A DNA stretch of 63,932 nucleotides, filler included, from an uncultured bacterium (lineage in GTDB: Bacteria > Latescibacterota > UBA2968): NCBI GenBank assembly GCA_964471275.1. It is 5 parts of 5 records of this genome, joined end to end, with 100 filler letters (N's around TTAATTAATTAA, not from the genome) between each part and the next. Parts side by side here need not be neighbours in the genome. Positions count along the whole stretch, not along the records: positions 57,577 to 63,932 come from CAYYGZ010000253.1; 4 more parts are not named here. The stretch is one strand, 5' to 3'. Below the pieces are notes generated by a model. It was not told the DNA's origin. It did not search any database and saw nothing but the letters and a program-made list of their open reading frames with translations. Positions 59,576-63,932 of this stretch are shown here, piece after piece. The translations under genes were made by a program, and so were the position numbers. The first letter of the stretch is position 1. Each line of letters begins with the position of its first letter.

Positions 59576-61354
59576 TCATATGTTCCGGATTACCTCTGCA
59601 CTCACATCTGCAGCAAGCTCCCCGGACTGGCCTGCCAGCATCGAAAAATCGACTTCCTGTGCACCGGCAGCGTCGGTGAATACCGTCCTGCCGCTCGGGT
59701 CAATCGAATCGAACGCAAAGTGCTCTTCCGTGAAAGCAAACACCACGGGTGAATCCGCGATCACGTCCAGCACCCAACGGGTATCAGTTCCCTCTGTGTG
59801 CCGGTACAACTCTGTGTTTCCGCCGGAAAAGTACAGGCGACCTTTCCGGTTCGCAAACGCAACCACACCGGGATCCGGCTCGAAGGCGATTCCGTCTTCC
59901 GATACGTCGCCCAGTGCCCAAAACACACGGAACGATGGGTCGACTGATTGAATCCGAATCAGCATTGCCGTAGGCAGGAACGCGTAGGACACGGTTACGC
60001 GTTCCTTTCTCTCGGTGATCAGGAAACCTTCTGGCAAGGAGAAAGAGCGAACGTTCAGCTCCGGATCCTGAACGTCTTCTTTGTTGGATAAGGTGCCTTC
60101 GGAATGAATCCCGGACTGGATGCCCGGTGTTTGGAAGACGAACGGCGGTTCGTCTTCCCAGGCAAAGGCCTGGATACCCCGAAAGGGCAACCCCTCTTCT
60201 GGCACGTTGCGATACGGTCCCTTCCGTGAGCGAAACGTAATACCCGCCTGGTATCGTCCTGAATAGAGCGTGTATTCCACGTTCGGACGCGAATAGGTCG
60301 TGAGCTGATTTAGGAACCAGCCAGGTCGATCTTCCGTGCTGGCGTCACCTGACGCCAGAGCCGCCCAGATCAACGGGCAGGTTATATGCCCACCGAACGC
60401 TGCACCCCCATCCGCGACGAAATCGGTATACCGGTCAGCAATCCACCCGAAGAACCCATCGGCTTCACTCAACCGTTCCAGCGCAGGCAGCGCATCCTGT
60501 ATGGGCGACTTGGGCGAGCCACTCCGCACACTCGCTCCCGTTGCCAGCGGGTATCCGCCGACCGTGTTGAATCGTGTCAGCCAGCGCATCCCGTTGTGCA
60601 GGCGTTCCTGAAGCCACTCGGCGTCGCTCAACAACAGGTAGAGATACACGTAGCCGAGACCGGTATAGGTGTAGTTCGTACAGGGCCCGCCGCCGGCATA
60701 CTGTTCGGTATGCTCGCCGATCTCGCCATCATCGAGTATGATCTCGGGCATGATCCGCTTCCCGAGCGTGTCTGCCATCGCCAGCGCGTCTGCTCGGCCG
60801 AACAGGATTCCACACAAGGCGGTGATGGCGCACCAGACGGCCCCGCGGTTATTGGCCTGATCGCAGGGATGATCGATCAGCCAGTTCGCGGCGCAGCTCA
60901 ATCCGGCTTCGATCGAGGCACGGTCCGCATCGGGCAGTGCATTCCCGATCCAGATGAACCCGATGAGCAGCGGCTCGAGCCGCCAGGCGTGTTCGTGGCT
61001 TCCGGCCCAGTACATATCCTGGTCATTCGGCCAGACGAACTGCCCCTCCTCGGTGATATGCGCGACCACGCCCAGATACGCACGGCGCAGCTCGTCCAGC
61101 AACTCTGGATCCTCGTGACTCGTCAGTTCTCGCGCGTGCCAGGCGAACGAGAGGCACCCGATCACATTCGTCTGCTCACGGGCACGATAACCCTCCCGGT
61201 CACCGGATTCAAGCCAGTCAAGATCCAGCTTCCTTCGAGTCGCGGGAAGAGCATCTTCGATCAGTCGGACATAGCGCTTGCTGCGCGGCGTCTCGCGCAG
61301 ACGCTGTGTGACATACCCGACCAGCCATTCCTTTGTGCACCAATTCATCGCCAT
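59576..61354 (-). CDS. Hypothetical protein, possibly alpha/alpha-toroid plus beta-sandwich
   Basis: 592-aa ORF; Trp-rich helical N half (QANNRG, DDGEIGE..GPCTNY) and beta-rich C half. Function not recognised. Confidence 0.7.
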   Translation of the reverse strand: MAMNWCTKEWLVGYVTQRLRETPRSKRYVRLIEDALPATRRKLDLDWLESGDREGYRAREQTNVIGCLSFAWHARELTSHEDPELLDELRRAYLGVVAHITEEGQFVWPNDQDMYWAGSHEHAWRLEPLLIGFIWIGNALPDADRASIEAGLSCAANWLIDHPCDQANNRGAVWCAITALCGILFGRADALAMADTLGKRIMPEIILDDGEIGEHTEQYAGGGPCTNYTYTGLGYVYLYLLLSDAEWLQERLHNGMRWLTRFNTVGGYPLATGASVRSGSPKSPIQDALPALERLSEADGFFGWIADRYTDFVADGGAAFGGHITCPLIWAALASGDASTEDRPGWFLNQLTTYSRPNVEYTLYSGRYQAGITFRSRKGPYRNVPEEGLPFRGIQAFAWEDEPPFVFQTPGIQSGIHSEGTLSNKEDVQDPELNVRSFSLPEGFLITERKERVTVSYAFLPTAMLIRIQSVDPSFRVFWALGDVSEDGIAFEPDPGVVAFANRKGRLYFSGGNTELYRHTEGTDTRWVLDVIADSPVVFAFTEEHFAFDSIDPSGRTVFTDAAGAQEVDFSMLAGQSGELAADVSAEVIRNI

Positions 61355-61365
61355 AATGAGATCGA

Positions 61366-61391
61366 CCCCCGAAAGCGCTCGCTTCCGGGGG
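61366..61391. terminator. Hairpin downstream of the CDGSH gene
   Basis: CCCCCGAAAGCG-CT-CGCTTCCGGGGG; no clear U-tract. Confidence 0.45.
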
Positions 61392-61416
61392 CCCTCCTTG
61401 TCGCCGTCTTCAGGCG

Positions 61417-61620
61417 CTATGCCTTTACGCTCGACGAGAATCCACAGTTCTTGTGAGCTCCGTCACAGTATGGGTGCTCCTCCGTTGCGCCGCAGCGGCA
61501 GAAGGCAAGCGGACGACCCTCATCCTTCGTCATCTCTGCGCCGGCGCCGTCCTCCAACTGGATCACTCCCGTGATCAGGAGGGGTCCATTATCCAAGATC
61601 TGCACGGTAACGTCTGCCAT
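61417..61620 (-). CDS. CDGSH iron-sulfur domain protein
   Basis: NGPL, AFCRCG....PYCDGAH; GAGGAGG RBS. Confidence 0.92.
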   Translation of the reverse strand: MADVTVQILDNGPLLITGVIQLEDGAGAEMTKDEGRPLAFCRCGATEEHPYCDGAHKNCGFSSSVKA

Positions 61621-61753
61621 CTTACCTCCTCATTTGAGTTGTGTCGGGGGTTAGCCAATATAGCTTCGGGATCCCTGAGCCGGTAGCCCTTTCGCCCCCT
61701 GAACTCTTAGATGGAGTCGTAGGGACGAAGGCTAAGCTCCTTGAGGACCGTAG

Positions 61754-62709
61754 TCAATCCAACGACGGCATATCGATCGCACTCAACCGCACCCCATCCC
61801 TCGGGCGCTCCATCCGCTCAGGATACTTGTCGACCGGTGCGGACAGTTCGTTCAGACGCGCCAGTGGTTCGGCATCCATTGCCCAGCCCGAACCTCGGAC
61901 ATTGTCATCGAAATGCTCGATTGTCCGCGAGCCCACGAGTACGGACGTGATGTGAGATTGCTCGAGAATCCAGCGAATCGCGACCTGAGCCGGTGACTTT
62001 CCCAGTTGTTCAGCTGTCGCCAGGACAGCGTTCAGGATCGCATCCGCATTCGTATGGAAGTGCTTGCCCGGGTATGCCCATCCCTCAGCCGATCTCGTGG
62101 CCTCTTTTGCTGTCTCGCCAGGCTTGTATTTCCCGGAAAGGAATCCGCCGCCGAGCGGACTCCACGTCACGATGCCGACCCCTTTGTAGGCGCACGCGTG
62201 TACCAGATCGATCTCGATATCCCGAACCAGCAAACTGTATTGAGGCTGGTAGCAGATGAATCGCTGCAAGCGATATACCGGACCTTTCCCTGCCGGACAA
62301 GGTCGTCCAGGGCACGCAGCATTTCCTCGAGCGGCGTTTGCATATCTACGTGATGGATGTAGAACACATCGACGTGGTCCATGTCGAGACGCTTCAGGCT
62401 ATCCTCGATCGTGTGCATGATGTGATAACGAGACATGCCTGAATCATTCGGCCCCGGGCCCATTGGGTTATAGAATTTGGTCGCAACGACAACATCCTTC
62501 CGCTTCCCTTTGAGAGCCTTCCCGAGATAGACTTCCGATTGCGCGTCTGCGTAAGAATTCGCTGTATCAAAGAAATTGATCCCCGCGGCGATCGCGTGAT
62601 CGACCATACGCCTTGCTTCTGCTTCATCGGTGCCGTGACCGAATGTCATCGTACCCAGACAGATCTCAGACACCTTCAGGCCACTCCTGCCAAGTTGTCG
62701 ATACTCCAT
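61754..62709 (-). pseudogene. Aldo/keto reductase with an internal deletion/frameshift at ~62263-62269
   Basis: The 5' frame ends ...GKVRYIACS and the 3' frame resumes LQRFICYQPQYSLL. The helix normally between them is missing. Confidence 0.8.
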
Positions 62710-62749
62710 CAAAACCTCCTGAACTTGATCGATACTTCACTTACCGGCG

Positions 62750-63859
62750 TTACAGGAATCTCTCTACGCCAAAGGCGGCCATCTCCAGGGGCCACATATC
62801 CTTCTCAACGGCGGCAGCCACAACCTTGCCGCTGTACGGTCCGAGATGGAGACCCATCGGACCGTGACCTGTGACGACGTAAATGTTCGGACACGTCGGT
62901 AAGGGACCTATCACGGGCATACCGTCTCGACTCAGAGGACGCAACCCGACGCGAATCTCCCGAATGCTCGCGGTTCGCAACCCCGGTGCAACACGGGTGG
63001 CTTCGTGCATCACCGCCATGAGTCCCTCCACCGTCGTTATGGGATTGTAACCGGCGTTGGCTTCGCGCGTTGTACCGACAACAACGCGGTTGTCCGGCCA
63101 GCAGACCACGTAATGGTCACTCATCCCCGTGATGATCGGCCAGGAGGAGGTGTCTGCCTCACCAACATCGAGATGTATGATCTGCCCACGTTGTGGACCG
63201 ACCGGGATCGTCAAGCTCAGCTGGTCGGAGAAAGCCTTGGACCACGCACCACCGGCAATAACCACGTGACCAGCTTTTATCTCCTTGCCCTCTGTTCGTA
63301 TCCGACACATCCCCTCGACAGATTCGATCGTGTCGACGGACTGCTTCAGAGTTGAGAGCCCCCGGTTCCTTGCCGCTTCCTCGAGTATATTTGAGAGCTG
63401 ACACCCATCCACACGAGCCGTGGTCGGGGAGAACAGCGCGCCCGTCACCTCACCTAGTGGCGGGAACAGTTCACGTGCTCTGTCGGCAGTCAGGACTGCG
63501 ACACCCTCCGTACCGTCACCTTCCGGAATACCGTGAGTCGAGCGCTTGAACTCGGCCCCCTCTCGTTCGTCCACGGCGATCCAGAGAGAGCCACAGACTG
63601 CATAGCCTGTGTCTTCAACCCCATCCGCGTACAGGCTCTCTATCAGATCCGTATAGTACACCTCGGCGAGACCGACAAAGCGGTAGTACGGATCTCTGTG
63701 CTGTGGGTCGCCGCCACCCGGTATGATACCAGCCCCCGCATCGGTCGCTCTCCCCTCATCATGCCGATCGATCAGAAGCGTTTTGACACCGGAGCGGACC
63801 AGCTCGTAGGCTGTCGAGATCCCGACGATTCCTCCTCCAATGACGATCACGTCATACAT
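62750..63859 (-). CDS. FAD-dependent oxidoreductase (D-amino acid oxidase/glycine oxidase family)
   Basis: VIVIGGGIVG, ATDAGAG, AGGAWS, PQRGQ, VGLRP...DG.P.IG, TGHG..G..LGP. Confidence 0.92.
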   Translation of the reverse strand: MYDVIVIGGGIVGISTAYELVRSGVKTLLIDRHDEGRATDAGAGIIPGGGDPQHRDPYYRFVGLAEVYYTDLIESLYADGVEDTGYAVCGSLWIAVDEREGAEFKRSTHGIPEGDGTEGVAVLTADRARELFPPLGEVTGALFSPTTARVDGCQLSNILEEAARNRGLSTLKQSVDTIESVEGMCRIRTEGKEIKAGHVVIAGGAWSKAFSDQLSLTIPVGPQRGQIIHLDVGEADTSSWPIITGMSDHYVVCWPDNRVVVGTTREANAGYNPITTVEGLMAVMHEATRVAPGLRTASIREIRVGLRPLSRDGMPVIGPLPTCPNIYVVTGHGPMGLHLGPYSGKVVAAAVEKDMWPLEMAAFGVERFL

Positions 63860-63932
63860 CTATACGGTATCTCCAGTTCAGGAAAGGGGTTCACGGCCGG
63901 CCGACACGACAACACCGATCAAGATAGCGGCG

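Noticed and set aside
1..63932. CRISPR array, cas genes, integrases, transposases, prophage or defence genes
   Set aside because: No regularly spaced repeat-spacer pattern and no recognisable protein motifs for these.

Overview
The window is five unrelated scaffolds joined by artificial N/TTAATTAATTAA linkers (14340-14439, 28757-28856, 43149-43248, 57477-57576), so gene order is only meaningful inside each block. Gene content (SprA translocon, GWxTD protein, DxDxxGxVDFxDFLxFAxxFG dockerin/EF-hand-like motifs, DUF6785-type transporter, bS22, MqnL-type decarboxylase, many sugar oxidoreductases/epimerases) suggests a GC-rich FCB-superphylum genome, most plausibly Ca. Latescibacterota (inference, not a database result). 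Most genes are ordinary metabolism, transport and housekeeping: ABC and RND exporters, HU, sigma factor, coaD, obgE, lexA and tRNA-Arg(CCG). The best novelty candidate is a ~540-nt unit at 52432-52981 (minus strand) with no convincing long ORF. It has a near-consensus sigma70 promoter (TTGACG-N17-TATAAT), its own terminator and several nested long-range helices, and I do not recognise it as tmRNA, RNase P, 6S, SRP or OLE. Other notable items are a FolC-ATP-grasp fusion, a two-copy MITE-like element, a 13-bp-period operator array, a Gram-positive-type SOS box inside the lexA promoter, an unannotated 31-aa bS22 gene, a dispersed G-rich heptamer repeat and an internally deleted dprA. Several frameshifts and chimeric joins point to assembly errors, which tempers all pseudogene calls.
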